64,000 nt of DNA from Candidatus Collierbacteria bacterium RIFOXYD2_FULL_45_13 (GTDB lineage: Bacteria; Patescibacteriota; Microgenomatia; UBA1400; MFAQ01), in NCBI GenBank assembly GCA_001774685.1, contig MFAS01000001.1:801444-865443 (forward strand). Direction: 5' to 3'. Shown here piece by piece: positions 31,757-41,683 of this stretch. The notes under the pieces are model-generated. The model was not told the DNA's origin and did not search any database. It worked only from the letters and a program-made list of their open reading frames with translations. The position numbers and the translations under genes are program-made. Within the stretch, counting starts at the first letter, position 1, and each line of letters opens with the position of its first letter.

Positions 31757-32487
31757 ATAAAACACTCCCCTACATTACTTCAATTGCTATATTCGTCATT
31801 GCGAGTTTCGTACTCGAACCGTGGCTCGCTGATACCCGCAGGGGTAAATCTCACTCCATCCGCGTCTTAGCCGCCACCACAGTAGCAACTCCTTCAGCCA
31901 CCCCATCGGCCACTCCAACAGTGATCACTATCACTCCATCCCAAACTCAGGATATTCAAGAAAAAATAAAGACGCTCGTCAAAGAAAACCTCAGTGCTAC
32001 CGAGTCTACTCTGAAGGAAAAGATCAATCAGCGAACCTTGGTCGGGTTTGTCGGATTAATACAGTCAATCAACTCCGGCAACATCACAATCAATACCAAA
32101 GACGGCACTATACTGCAAATTACCACAGACGAAAAAAGCGTCTATAACAAAGCTGGAACCGGAATCAAAATCTCTTCTCTGGCCATCTCCGATAAAATTA
32201 TCGTCATTGGCACCCTTTTGAAAGAAGATATCGTTTTAGCTAAAAGAATTGTCGTCGTTCCCGACGAACCCATTCAAATAGTTTCCGGCACTATCGTGAG
32301 CAAGGTTTCTTCCGTAGATATCAAGAAAAAGCTTATTGGATTAACAGTCAACAACCAAGAGGTTCTCTTTGGGCTTACCAAGAAATCGACTATCAAAATT
32401 GAGGAGATCAAAGCTGGTATGACCATTTTCGCCATAACCAAAAAATACGATGGTAAAGACCTTCTCTCCCGCGCCAAGATTCTATAA
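31753..32487 (+). CDS. Exported protein with DUF5666-like OB repeats
   Basis: ATPSA linker; G.I.SI...ITI and LAISDKIIVIG repeats. Confidence 0.6.
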   Translation: MNKTLPYITSIAIFVIASFVLEPWLADTRRGKSHSIRVLAATTVATPSATPSATPTVITITPSQTQDIQEKIKTLVKENLSATESTLKEKINQRTLVGFVGLIQSINSGNITINTKDGTILQITTDEKSVYNKAGTGIKISSLAISDKIIVIGTLLKEDIVLAKRIVVVPDEPIQIVSGTIVSKVSSVDIKKKLIGLTVNNQEVLFGLTKKSTIKIEEIKAGMTIFAITKKYDGKDLLSRAKIL

Positions 32488-32539
32488 TTTCATACTTTGA
32501 GTTTTCGATTTTTTGAGTTTTTTGCTTTATGATTAGAAT

Positions 32540-33415
32540 ATGCCTGCCATATCTTCCCGCCGTGTCAAGGCGTATACTTTTTTACTCATAAACGCCGCAC
32601 TCTGGGGTTTTGGTGCTCCCATAATCAAACACGCCCTTGGTTTCACCACCCCTGCCCTATTTTTGCTCTATCGTTTCATTACCGCTAGTCTAATTTTCCT
32701 ACCTGTCTTTCTAATCCACCGCCATCAAATCAAGCAAAGGATGAATCTCAAGCATCTTCTGATACTAGGGCTTCTGGGTGGACCTCTGACCCTAATTCCT
32801 TTCTATTATGGTATCGATGTCACCTCATCCATCGAGGCTTCACTGCTAGAATCCATCAGCCCCATCTTCACCGTGCTCGGCGGAATTTTAATTCTAAGGG
32901 AGACACTCAGACGTAAAGAAATTATCGGCATTGCTTTTGCCATCTTTGGAACTCTACTTCTCGCCGTCGAGCCACTTCTATCCAGCAGTGGCTTCAGCGC
33001 CTTATCCGTTAAGGGGAATGTTCTAATTATAATTTCCGATCTTATTTGGGCCTACTTCCTTATCTATTCCAAAAAAGACCATGTAGACCCCATCTCTCTT
33101 TCTTTCGTATCCTTTGTCATTTGTATCCCTTTCTTCCTGATTATGGTCGCCCTCGAAGGCTCTTCTTTTTATATACATCCTCAAGCCATTCCGGGAATTA
33201 TTTACATGGCTATTGGTGGTTCTATCATTGCGTTTTGGGCTTATCAGGAAGGCCAAAAACTTATCGAAGCCTCCGAGGCGGCTGTGTTTACTTACCTCAA
33301 ACCGGCTTTTGCCATCCCTCTTGCTCTGATCTGGCTACATGAGCCTTTCTCCTCGGTCACCATGATCGCCACCGCTATTATCATTACCGGTGTCTACCTC
33401 TCCGAAAACCGCTAA
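32540..33415 (+). CDS. DMT/EamA family transporter
   Basis: About 10 TM; LRE and LHE repeat ends. Confidence 0.85.
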   Translation: MPAISSRRVKAYTFLLINAALWGFGAPIIKHALGFTTPALFLLYRFITASLIFLPVFLIHRHQIKQRMNLKHLLILGLLGGPLTLIPFYYGIDVTSSIEASLLESISPIFTVLGGILILRETLRRKEIIGIAFAIFGTLLLAVEPLLSSSGFSALSVKGNVLIIISDLIWAYFLIYSKKDHVDPISLSFVSFVICIPFFLIMVALEGSSFYIHPQAIPGIIYMAIGGSIIAFWAYQEGQKLIEASEAAVFTYLKPAFAIPLALIWLHEPFSSVTMIATAIIITGVYLSENR

Positions 33416-33524
33416 GTGGCTTGTTTGATCGTTATTTGTGTAGTTTGATTTTTCGGCATCAATATGCTATTATAGGTTACATCAGACCAATTCCACAGGC
33501 ACCTTAAGAGAGGAGAAAAAATTC

Positions 33525-33905
33525 ATGAACAAAAGATATGGATACATCGACCTTATATGTTGGATAATGTTCTCGTCTATCACTCTTGGAGTCTTTATCG
33601 CTTGCCTCGCCCTGATGCCAATTGGATCGTTTTTAAATGGCCTTGTTACCGGTGTAGCGTTTGTGATCTTCTGGATATCCCTAGCCCGCCCTTGCTTTGC
33701 ATGGCTCAATTTTACCAAGATCAAGAGAAGGGTTGGCTATCCAAAGTCAACAAAAGATCTGTCCTTGATAATGACGCTACTCATTCTATTTGTCTCAATG
33801 GGCTCGATGTACCTGCCTGTCACATTCGTGTCGATCACGGGATTCTCCTGGATCCTTTGGGAAATCTCTCTAGGAGTTACCCTCGCGTTACACCTGGAGC
33901 GATAG
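33525..33905 (+). CDS. 4-TM hypothetical protein (accessory unit)
   Basis: TGCTATTAT, GGCACCTTAAGA, AGGAG; terminator GAGGGGCACA-ACA-TGTGCCCCTC 33909-33937. Confidence 0.7.
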   Translation: MNKRYGYIDLICWIMFSSITLGVFIACLALMPIGSFLNGLVTGVAFVIFWISLARPCFAWLNFTKIKRRVGYPKSTKDLSLIMTLLILFVSMGSMYLPVTFVSITGFSWILWEISLGVTLALHLER

Positions 33906-33975
33906 ATGGAGGGGCACAACATGTGCCCCTCTTTTTTGTGCTCAAATCAGCTTTCTATGATACAATATCAAAGCT

Positions 33976-34302
33976 ATGAAACAGAATATTCATCCAATTT
34001 ACGAAGAAATGGCCGTTTCCTGCGCCTGCGGAAACTCTTTTAACGTTGGCGGATCTAGAAAAACCCTCCACATTGATGTTTGTGACAAATGCCATCCCTT
34101 CATCACCGGTACTCAAAAATTCATAGATGCTATGGGTAGAGTCGACAAATTTATCGCCAAACGTAAGGCCGCTTCCGGTTATGTGGCCAAAAATAAGAAG
34201 AAGGACGAGATCGACAGAACACCCAAATCCCTCAAAGAAATGCTCGAAGTCAAAAAGAAAGCCGAAGCCAAAGAGGTCGAATCTTCCGTTGCCTCTGTAT
34301 AG
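33976..34302 (+). CDS. rpmE: 50S ribosomal protein bL31 with C-terminal extension
   Basis: MKQNIHP, CACG, CDKCHPF, GRVDKF. Confidence 0.95.
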   Translation: MKQNIHPIYEEMAVSCACGNSFNVGGSRKTLHIDVCDKCHPFITGTQKFIDAMGRVDKFIAKRKAASGYVAKNKKKDEIDRTPKSLKEMLEVKKKAEAKEVESSVASV

Positions 34303-34323
34303 ATCCATCTAACTCCCCTACAT

Positions 34324-34398
34324 CGTCATTGCGACCTGCCCGCAAATGCTGAAGTGCTAGCTTCTGCAGGCGGGGGAACTACTCGACGTGGCAATCTC
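34324..34398. repeat. REP-like palindrome with nested second palindrome
   Basis: CGTCATTGCGA...CGACGTGGCAATCTC enclosing CCTGCCCGC...GCAGGCGGG. Confidence 0.6.
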
Positions 34399-34425
34399 AC
34401 TCCATCAAATATAGAATCAAAGTAA

Positions 34426-35349
34426 ATGGATAATCCTTATATTCAAGCAGAAATTGAGCGGATTGAGACTGAGATTAAAGAGAACGAAGCTCTTGCCACC
34501 GACCCGGAACTCGGTTCTCTTGCCACTACGGAAGTGGCCAGGCTCAAGTCCCAGCTCGAAAATCTCCTCTCCATCCAGGTTACCGAGTCTCAAGTGGAGG
34601 AAATTAGCGAAAACTTCAACGACTCCCCAGCTATTATCGAAATACGCGGTGCCGCCGGAGGGGATGAGTCCAAAATATTCGCCGGGGATCTTATTCGTAT
34701 GTATTCCCGTTTTGCCCAAGATCATGGTTTTAGTATCGAAAATATCGATGAGGGAATAATCCGTGTCAGCCGCCCAAACCGTTCTGTTTGGAATCATGGA
34801 GCTTACGAAACCTTCCAGTACGAATCAGGCGTCCACCGGGTTCAAAGGGTGCCGGAGACAGAAGCCGCAGGTCGAATACACACCAGCACCGCTACGGTGG
34901 CTGTATTACCTGAAGTCAAGCCTAACCAGCTCGAAGTCAAGGATCAGGATCTGGAATGGCAATTTACCCGTGCTGGCGGCCCAGGAGGCCAAAACGTCAA
35001 CAAGGTAAATACCGCCGTCCGGCTGACTCACAAACCCACCGGATTGACCGTCTTCGTGCACGAAGAACGTTACCAAGCCAGAAACAAGGAAATCGCCCTA
35101 AATATGATCCGCTCCAAAATCTGGCAACAAGAGGAAGAAAAACGCCTTAGCACTCAGTCCGACAAGCGCTCCCAAGCTGTAGGTTCCGGCATGCGCGCCG
35201 AAAAGGTCAAAACCTACAACTTCCCCCAAAACCGCCTCACTGATCACCGGCTGAATAAATCCTGGCATAACCTCAAAGAAATCATGGAGGGTCGCCTCGA
35301 AGAAGTCATCGAATTCACCCTCTCTGGCTTCAACTCCCTAGCCAAATAA
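34426..35349 (+). CDS. prfA: Peptide chain release factor 1
   Basis: PxT motif (VPETE), [20 protein letters not shown]. Confidence 0.93.
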   Translation: MDNPYIQAEIERIETEIKENEALATDPELGSLATTEVARLKSQLENLLSIQVTESQVEEISENFNDSPAIIEIRGAAGGDESKIFAGDLIRMYSRFAQDHGFSIENIDEGIIRVSRPNRSVWNHGAYETFQYESGVHRVQRVPETEAAGRIHTSTATVAVLPEVKPNQLEVKDQDLEWQFTRAGGPGGQNVNKVNTAVRLTHKPTGLTVFVHEERYQARNKEIALNMIRSKIWQQEEEKRLSTQSDKRSQAVGSGMRAEKVKTYNFPQNRLTDHRLNKSWHNLKEIMEGRLEEVIEFTLSGFNSLAK

Positions 35350-35455
35350 CTCCACCTATTTGTTTTTTACCTCACCTGTGATAATATATAGGACGTAAAC
35401 TTTACGCACGCTGAAATTAACAGAAAGACTCTAAATTTCCCCCACGGAGGCAGTC

Positions 35456-36673
35456 TTGAATACAACTATAAGCAATTCTGGTGCCGTTGAAACTCATTCA
35501 ACGCTTAGTAGCTGGTCGATGGTCGGTGCACTGATATTACTCATCTGCTTTGCATTTATCAGCCATTTCAATTTTTTGACCGAGATTCAAAGTTTTATCA
35601 GCATTTACTCTGGGATCGCCGTATTACAAGCACCCATGACCATTTGGGCATATATCAGTTTGGTAATCAATCTCTCCACGGTCATGTTCGGCTTGGCTAT
35701 CTTATCCGCTCTGTTCACACCGAAAACCAAAAGCTATAATCGAGAATTCCTGTCCAAGATATTTCAAAAGGGTCCGCTTCCGTTTTACTTTCTTATCCTT
35801 GTTGAAGAAATATTTGCAAGGTTTTTGTTTATTACCGTGATTGGTACCTGGATTTTCCACGCCGGTTATCCAACCATGATTATCTTGCTACTCGTCGGAA
35901 ACTGTCTATGGGCTGCCCTGCACTATTATAACTATAAGGACAAAACCGATCGGAAACTCCTTGTGGTCTTACCACAGTTTGTTGGCGGTCTTGTCTTGGG
36001 GTATATCTACCTCAGATATGGCTTTATCGTTGCCCTACTCGTCCACCTGACTTACGACTTCATTGCTCTCATCGCGGACAAAAAGCAGAACAATCTCGCC
36101 CAAAGCATCGTCAATACCATCTATTGGGTGATTGTTTTCCTAATTAGTTGGTGGATTCTTAATGCTAACGGCATTTTACTAGTGCAGATTCTAAGTCAAT
36201 GGTTTGTCATGGAAAACTTTGTCGCCCCCGGCGTAAGTATGTGGTTAATGGCTGCGGTGTTGATCAATTTCAAATCAATCTCAAACATTATCACTCACAT
36301 GCTAGCCCTCGACAGAACTTCACCGGTTGCTGAAAGTGTGAGTAAGTGGACTTTGGGGCTGACGATAGTTCTATACTTACTCGCTGGAGTTGTCACTGCC
36401 GGAATAATTCTGGGCTTCAATTGGTTTCTGGGATTGTTCTCAATTTTCGCAACCAACATAGCCTTGCGGGCGGTAGTTGTCGCCGCACTGATAACCTTAT
36501 TCGTAACGCCAAAATCCGGTTCTGCCATGGCCAACCTCTGGTTTACGGATATCCCGGTAACTTTTGTTGAGGTGTTCATCGCTATAACCTTCGGTTTTTG
36601 GCAGTGCGTCCTGATCTTCGCTATTGCCGGGATCACCTCACACGCAACCGAATTCATTGATTCGCATAATTAG
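35456..36673 (+). CDS. CPBP (CAAX/Abi) family intramembrane metalloprotease-like protein
   Basis: EEIFAR, WAALH, HLTYD motifs; GGAGG-TTG; terminator 36681-36708. Confidence 0.75.
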   Translation: MNTTISNSGAVETHSTLSSWSMVGALILLICFAFISHFNFLTEIQSFISIYSGIAVLQAPMTIWAYISLVINLSTVMFGLAILSALFTPKTKSYNREFLSKIFQKGPLPFYFLILVEEIFARFLFITVIGTWIFHAGYPTMIILLLVGNCLWAALHYYNYKDKTDRKLLVVLPQFVGGLVLGYIYLRYGFIVALLVHLTYDFIALIADKKQNNLAQSIVNTIYWVIVFLISWWILNANGILLVQILSQWFVMENFVAPGVSMWLMAAVLINFKSISNIITHMLALDRTSPVAESVSKWTLGLTIVLYLLAGVVTAGIILGFNWFLGLFSIFATNIALRAVVVAALITLFVTPKSGSAMANLWFTDIPVTFVEVFIAITFGFWQCVLIFAIAGITSHATEFIDSHN

Positions 36674-36799
36674 GTACCTCACCCTCCGCACCACGCGGAG
36701 GGTTTTTTGTAGGTGATGCTCTTGCCTCACCCTAGATCGCTGTTATAATCACCGTTGTTACGCCCTTTTACATCCACTTTATTACAGGAGAAGCGAAAA

Positions 36800-37327
36800 A
36801 TGAATTCTTCGACGTCTTGGGAAGAAAACCTTTTGGGCTGTCTAGGGGCATTATTGTTGCTCGTCGTACTAATTCTCTTTTCCGCATGGATCACTACCAT
36901 AGTCTGGGGGTTCATTGTACCAACCGTGTTTTACTCCGCCGTCACTGCAGATCTGGTTCCGGCCAGCTTGACCCTGGTCCAAGCACTCAAGCTGAGCCTT
37001 CTTTTCTGGGCGCTTGGTATCACCACAGCGTACTCCGCCTCCTCTTTGTCGAAAAGCTCCCTTTTCAGCGGAGACGTGGTTAGCACCATCGCCGCGGTCA
37101 TCATTTATATCATTATCTTTGCCATCGTCTGGGCAATTATGGTCGCCATTTCTGGCTTTTTCGTCTGGCTCATGTGGACCTGGGTTATCACCGACGTCTT
37201 CGCGGGTGCTGTTGCTGCTGGTCTCATCCCAGCCGCTCTCACCTACTGGCACGCTTGCCTGGTGGCAGTCCTGTTTGGTGTCCTCGGCCTGAGCCAACGC
37301 CGGAGCTCCAACTCTTCTTCAAAGTAA
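36800..37327 (+). CDS. Membrane protein with internal duplication
   Basis: Repeats VFYSAVTADLVPASLT and VFAGAVAAGLIPAALT; terminator AAACCCGCC-AACAAA-GGCGGGTTT 37338-37361. Confidence 0.75.
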   Translation: MNSSTSWEENLLGCLGALLLLVVLILFSAWITTIVWGFIVPTVFYSAVTADLVPASLTLVQALKLSLLFWALGITTAYSASSLSKSSLFSGDVVSTIAAVIIYIIIFAIVWAIMVAISGFFVWLMWTWVITDVFAGAVAAGLIPAALTYWHACLVAVLFGVLGLSQRRSSNSSSK

Positions 37328-37436
37328 GTCTCTCTTTAAACCCGCCAACAAAGGCGGGTTTATTATTTCCAAAGAACTTGACTACGCGCAATTCGTGCTA
37401 AAATCTTGATATCCTATTCAACGGAGGTACTTTCAA

Positions 37437-37745
37437 ATGCCCTTCAACTGGCCCGGACGACGCGACGAAGACTTTACTCACCATGAAGATTTTTCCCATG
37501 AACTGCTAGGTCACAACTCTTCCAAACCAAAACCCATCGAAACCGAACCTACCCCCGAAACCAAGCCGGAAAAGCAACCACAGTTCAGCTGGGTGGCCTT
37601 CGTAGTAATGATCATCTCCATTGGACTCGCCCTTCTGGTCGGTATGATCATCCCCGGCATTCTCGATGAGTATATCGCCATGTTCATCATCACCACCTTG
37701 TATGGGTTCGCCCAGGCCCACGGCTTCAAAGCCCCCAAGAAATAG
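37437..37745 (+). CDS. Small membrane protein
   Basis: TTGACT/TAAAAT promoter, GGAGG, C-terminal 2 TM. Confidence 0.7.
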   Translation: MPFNWPGRRDEDFTHHEDFSHELLGHNSSKPKPIETEPTPETKPEKQPQFSWVAFVVMIISIGLALLVGMIIPGILDEYIAMFIITTLYGFAQAHGFKAPKK

Positions 37746-37754
37746 CCTATTCTA

Positions 37755-37789
37755 CCCCCCGCCACCTGGCGGGGAATTTTGTGCCTAAA
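37755..37789 (+). repeat. 35 bp terminator-containing direct repeat, copy 1
   Basis: CCCCCCGCCACCTGGCGGGGAATTTTGTGCCTAAA. Confidence 0.85.
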
Positions 37790-37868
37790 TCTTATATTGA
37801 TCTAATTTGATATAATACGTTAGACTTACAGAGTCCATCTTTAACTTCATTTTCACCAGGAGGCCGTT

Positions 37869-38723
37869 TTGGACGCCAAGCTTCGATCCTACTACGTAAA
37901 ACAAGTGCTTCTCTCTTTCTTCTTGATTCTTCCCACCATCCCCTATATCTACGTTTTGTACCAACTCAGCTTGTTTTTCCTTGCATATCATAGTTGGCCC
38001 GCCTCTGTCCTAATTTATCCCCTGTTCTGGATACTCTTCCAGACAGTTCTTGGGACAGTAAAAATAATCCGACAGACGTTTTTGTCGGGATATCAAAAAA
38101 TCAGCCCGGAAAACGATCTCATGTTAGCTGGTATCTACGGCGGAGATGAAACGGCGTACGCCAAACTCACTCGTTTAACCCAGCTTATCACTTCTCAAAT
38201 CAACATCAACCCTCATCTGACCTTCTATGTTTATCCTCGCAGGGGAAAAGGGAAGAACGGCCACCATAACGCAGCCATTTTCAAAAAAGAGGGTGGTTTT
38301 GGCCTCATGATTTCGCAAATAACACTTGAGGAATGCTCCGAGAGAACCATACTCGGTGTTTTGTCTCATGAGATGAGCCATACTATAACCAGAAATTGGT
38401 ACGTAGTCATCGGGATTATCATGGGTGCCCTGATGATTCCGGCAAACACACTCATTCTTTTTATAGCGGTGTCGATTGGTTTTTATAGTTGGTGGTTGTT
38501 TATCCCAGCTTTAATCGTTCTTGGGCTTATCCATATGTTTATCGTGGGTCTACCTGCCAAGATCGATGAAATCTCTGCTGATCTTTTATCTGTCAAATTG
38601 GGGTACGGCTGGGGCCAAATAGACTACCTTGAAAATCTCCCTGCGGAATTTAAAATTCCCGACGGTATTCATAGTCACGTTGATTCACGCGTGTCTCAGC
38701 TTAAGAAAGCCATGTACCCATAG
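37869..38723 (+). CDS. M48/M56-like membrane zinc metalloprotease
   Basis: HNAA, LSHEMSH, EISAD, HSHVDSR. Confidence 0.8.
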   Translation: MDAKLRSYYVKQVLLSFFLILPTIPYIYVLYQLSLFFLAYHSWPASVLIYPLFWILFQTVLGTVKIIRQTFLSGYQKISPENDLMLAGIYGGDETAYAKLTRLTQLITSQININPHLTFYVYPRRGKGKNGHHNAAIFKKEGGFGLMISQITLEECSERTILGVLSHEMSHTITRNWYVVIGIIMGALMIPANTLILFIAVSIGFYSWWLFIPALIVLGLIHMFIVGLPAKIDEISADLLSVKLGYGWGQIDYLENLPAEFKIPDGIHSHVDSRVSQLKKAMYP

Positions 38724-38734
38724 AGTTTCCACCC

Positions 38735-38769
38735 CCCCCCGCCACCTGGCGGGGAATTTTGTGCCTAAA
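38735..38769 (+). repeat. 35 bp terminator-containing direct repeat, copy 2
   Basis: Identical to 37755-37789. Confidence 0.85.
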
Positions 38770-38837
38770 ACCCATTTGTGTTACAGTTTGATACAATATA
38801 GGACAAGAACTTTTAAATCACGCAGTCGGAGGCTATT

Positions 38838-39647
38838 CTGGACACCAATCTTCGGTCTTATCTATTTTTCCGGAATCTCTACTCCCTATTCTCCATGCTG
38901 GTTTCCATCGTCGTCCTGCTGGGGTTAGCTATTTTCATTTATCAGTTTGTCATGGAAACGTTAGGAGCCAATCTGATCTGGTTTCTGATCTTTGCACCTT
39001 TCTTTATCTTTGGTAAAGATATAGTTTTCGATCTAAAGATATATTTTCGACATACTGAATACGAAATTGAGCCTCTGGCAGAACCTCAACTCAGTCGAGT
39101 TAAAAACTTAATGCAACCACTTTTGAAGAAATGCCACCTACTTCGGCACTCCTTTTTTTACTTTCTGGCCGATGATGGAGACGATACGGGGGTCATTATG
39201 CATCAAGGCTCGGCTTATCTGGCAATCGAAGAGGACATACTAGATAGACCGGATCACGAACTTCAATCTGTCTTAGCCCACGAACTGACCCACGTTGTCT
39301 TCTCGGACGGATTGAGAGCTATCTTTCTGAACACAATTTCTATATTACTTGTCATCTATTCCGTTATGGTTATTCCAATCCTGCTCCTGACCATGTCCCA
39401 AGTCCCTTGGTACATTATCGTATTAGGCCTAGCCATATCACTGCGGTTCCTTACCTCCTGGACAAATAAGATTAGCGAGATCACGGCTGACACAGGCGCC
39501 ACCTTACTGGGATATGGTCCCGGTTTGCAGGATTTTTTCTCCCACACACCCAACGAACAAGACTTTCTTGTTTGGCTATTTGATAACCATGAGTCACGGT
39601 CAAAACGGGTGTCCCGAATATCAAGAATCGTCAAACACCTCAAATAG
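38838..39647 (+). CDS. M48/M56-like membrane zinc metalloprotease, paralog 2 (CTG start)
   Basis: LAHELTH, EITAD, HESRSKR; GGAGG then in-frame CTG giving MDTNLRSY, parallel to MDAKLRSY. Confidence 0.78.
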   Translation: MDTNLRSYLFFRNLYSLFSMLVSIVVLLGLAIFIYQFVMETLGANLIWFLIFAPFFIFGKDIVFDLKIYFRHTEYEIEPLAEPQLSRVKNLMQPLLKKCHLLRHSFFYFLADDGDDTGVIMHQGSAYLAIEEDILDRPDHELQSVLAHELTHVVFSDGLRAIFLNTISILLVIYSVMVIPILLLTMSQVPWYIIVLGLAISLRFLTSWTNKISEITADTGATLLGYGPGLQDFFSHTPNEQDFLVWLFDNHESRSKRVSRISRIVKHLK

Positions 39648-39654
39648 ACACACT

Positions 39655-39681
39655 TCCCCGCCGCCAGGCGGGGATTTTTTT
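39655..39681 (+). terminator. CCCGCC/GGCGGG hairpin terminator
   Basis: TCCCCGCC-GCCA-GGCGGGGATTTTTTT. Confidence 0.8.
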
Positions 39682-39704
39682 GACATTGACGCCATTAGGC
39701 CAGA

Positions 39705-40922
39705 TCAAATACCCGCCTTAGTACTTTTGAGAATCTCTTCCTTCAAAACCTCCAGAGCCTTGTCTATCTGGTTGTCTGCCAATGGGTCTTTCTCATTTTG
39801 TATATACTCGATTTTGACATCGGGCTCCAAACCAATCTTGTGAATATTTTTTCCGGATGGTAAAAGCCATTCGGCAATGGTGACGTGAAGAGATGACCCG
39901 TCACTAAAATCTTCCGGCTCCTGTACCGTGCCCTTCCCAAAGCTTTTTTCGCCCACCAATTTTGTTCCCAATCTTTCTCTAAGAGCACCCGCTAATATCT
40001 CCGCCGCACTGGCTGATCCTCCGTTTACCAAGACCACCAAAGGCATTCCGATAAGTTTGCCCTCTCTATCCACGCTGGAAACCTCGGTTCTGTTTCTGTC
40101 CCTTTGTTTAACAATCACTCCATCGGCGATAAACTCACTTCCCAAATCTATCGCCCTTTGCAAATAACCACCCGGGTTATTTCTCAAATCCAAAACCACT
40201 CCCCTTATGTTCTTACTCTTAACCTCTGAAACGATTTTCTCCCATTCCGGAAGAGTTTTCTCACCGAACTTGTTTACCCGTATCAAAGCTACTCTCCCGC
40301 TATCCAGCCACTCCAACTCAGTCGATGGTACGTTAATCACATCTCTAACCAAAGTCACATCTCTCGATTTTTTCTCTGATTCCCTAAAGATGGTTAGCGT
40401 GACCGAAGTTCCTTTCTCACCTCGAATTAGATCAACGGCATCCTCCACTTTCATTCCACTGGTATCTTTTGATATTTTCTTCTTTTCATCGGTTATTTTG
40501 AGGATAAAGTCTCCGGCCTTGATACCCGCCTTGAATGCCGGCGTATCCTTAAGCGGTGTCATCACCGCCAAGGTGTTATCAATAAAGCCTAGCTGTATCC
40601 CTACCCCACCAAACTCACCTTGTAAGTCCTCTTTGCTTCGTGCGTTTTCTACCGGAGGAAAAAAGGAGGTATAAGGGTCACCCAGTGAGGCCGTCATTCC
40701 TTCAGCCGCCCCATACATCAGCTTTTTACTATCGATGTCTTCCGGCTTTAAGTAGTTTTTCTTTAATTGGACCAAAACTTCATTCATGATCCTCGTATCT
40801 ACCGCTTCATTACCCTGATATTGACGTGAAGTTTCATACACACCCAATCTGTATCCCGCAAACCCGATTGCGGCCAATAAAATAACTCCAAGCAAGTACT
40901 GTCTTACGACGATAATTTTCAT
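39705..40922 (-). CDS. ctpA: S41 C-terminal processing protease with PDZ domain
   Basis: LGDPYT, DLRNNPGG, SASAAEI, FGKGTVQ. Confidence 0.93.
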   Translation of the reverse strand: MKIIVVRQYLLGVILLAAIGFAGYRLGVYETSRQYQGNEAVDTRIMNEVLVQLKKNYLKPEDIDSKKLMYGAAEGMTASLGDPYTSFFPPVENARSKEDLQGEFGGVGIQLGFIDNTLAVMTPLKDTPAFKAGIKAGDFILKITDEKKKISKDTSGMKVEDAVDLIRGEKGTSVTLTIFRESEKKSRDVTLVRDVINVPSTELEWLDSGRVALIRVNKFGEKTLPEWEKIVSEVKSKNIRGVVLDLRNNPGGYLQRAIDLGSEFIADGVIVKQRDRNRTEVSSVDREGKLIGMPLVVLVNGGSASAAEILAGALRERLGTKLVGEKSFGKGTVQEPEDFSDGSSLHVTIAEWLLPSGKNIHKIGLEPDVKIEYIQNEKDPLADNQIDKALEVLKEEILKSTKAGI

Positions 40923-40923
40923 A

Positions 40924-41154
40924 TTACGCCTTGTCGGTAAACGGCAATAAGGCTAGGTGTCTTGCACGTTTAATGGCACGGGCCAATCTCAATTGGTGTT
41001 TTTCACAAACACCGGTTGTCCAGCGGGAAACAATTCTCTTTTTTGGAGAAATACCTACCGCTAGAGACTCTAGATCAAAGTAAACCGGCTCCGCCTTCTT
41101 CACACAAAACGGGCAAGGTTTACTGGATTTTCTAATTTTCTTTTTTTGAATCAT
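40924..41154 (-). CDS. rpsR: 30S ribosomal protein bS18
   Basis: CPFC, TGVCEKHQ, AIKRARHLALLPF. Confidence 0.93.
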   Translation of the reverse strand: MIQKKKIRKSSKPCPFCVKKAEPVYFDLESLAVGISPKKRIVSRWTTGVCEKHQLRLARAIKRARHLALLPFTDKA

Positions 41155-41200
41155 TTTCTTTATTTTTATATATTTTTGTATTCAATCCGCCTTTGGTGGT

Positions 41201-41674
41201 TTAGAATGGTATTTCGTCCGAAACGTCTTTCGAAGCACCTTTATCGTCAGCTGAGAACACTTCTTCGGCTGGAGATACCTGCTCTGCCTTTGGTTCGACA
41301 GGCGTATAATTCGGTTCGTACCCTTCGGAGATACCTTTAGGAGTGTTCAAAGCAATCATTTCCTCTATTACTACTTCGGTAATCTGGCGATCATTACCGT
41401 CTTGTGTCTTCCACTGTCTGGTCTGCAGTCTTCCTTCCACAAAAGCCTTCTGACCCTTAATCAGTAGTTGACTGCAAATCTCTCCCAATTTACCCCACGC
41501 CACAATACGGTGGAACTCAGCACCCTCTTGCTTTTGACCTGAAGAGTCGGTCCATTCACGATTGGTTGCCAATCCGAAGGTGCAAACTGCTGTACCCTGA
41601 GGGGTATATTTTAGTTCTGGATCTCGGGTAAGATTTCCAATCAACGTAACTCTATTTAGACTTCGTGTGCTCAT
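41201..41674 (-). CDS. ssb: Single-stranded DNA-binding protein
   Basis: NRVTLIGNLTRDPE, EGRLQTR, C-terminal DEIPF. Confidence 0.96.
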   Translation of the reverse strand: MSTRSLNRVTLIGNLTRDPELKYTPQGTAVCTFGLATNREWTDSSGQKQEGAEFHRIVAWGKLGEICSQLLIKGQKAFVEGRLQTRQWKTQDGNDRQITEVVIEEMIALNTPKGISEGYEPNYTPVEPKAEQVSPAEEVFSADDKGASKDVSDEIPF

Positions 41675-41683
41675 ATCGCTTTA

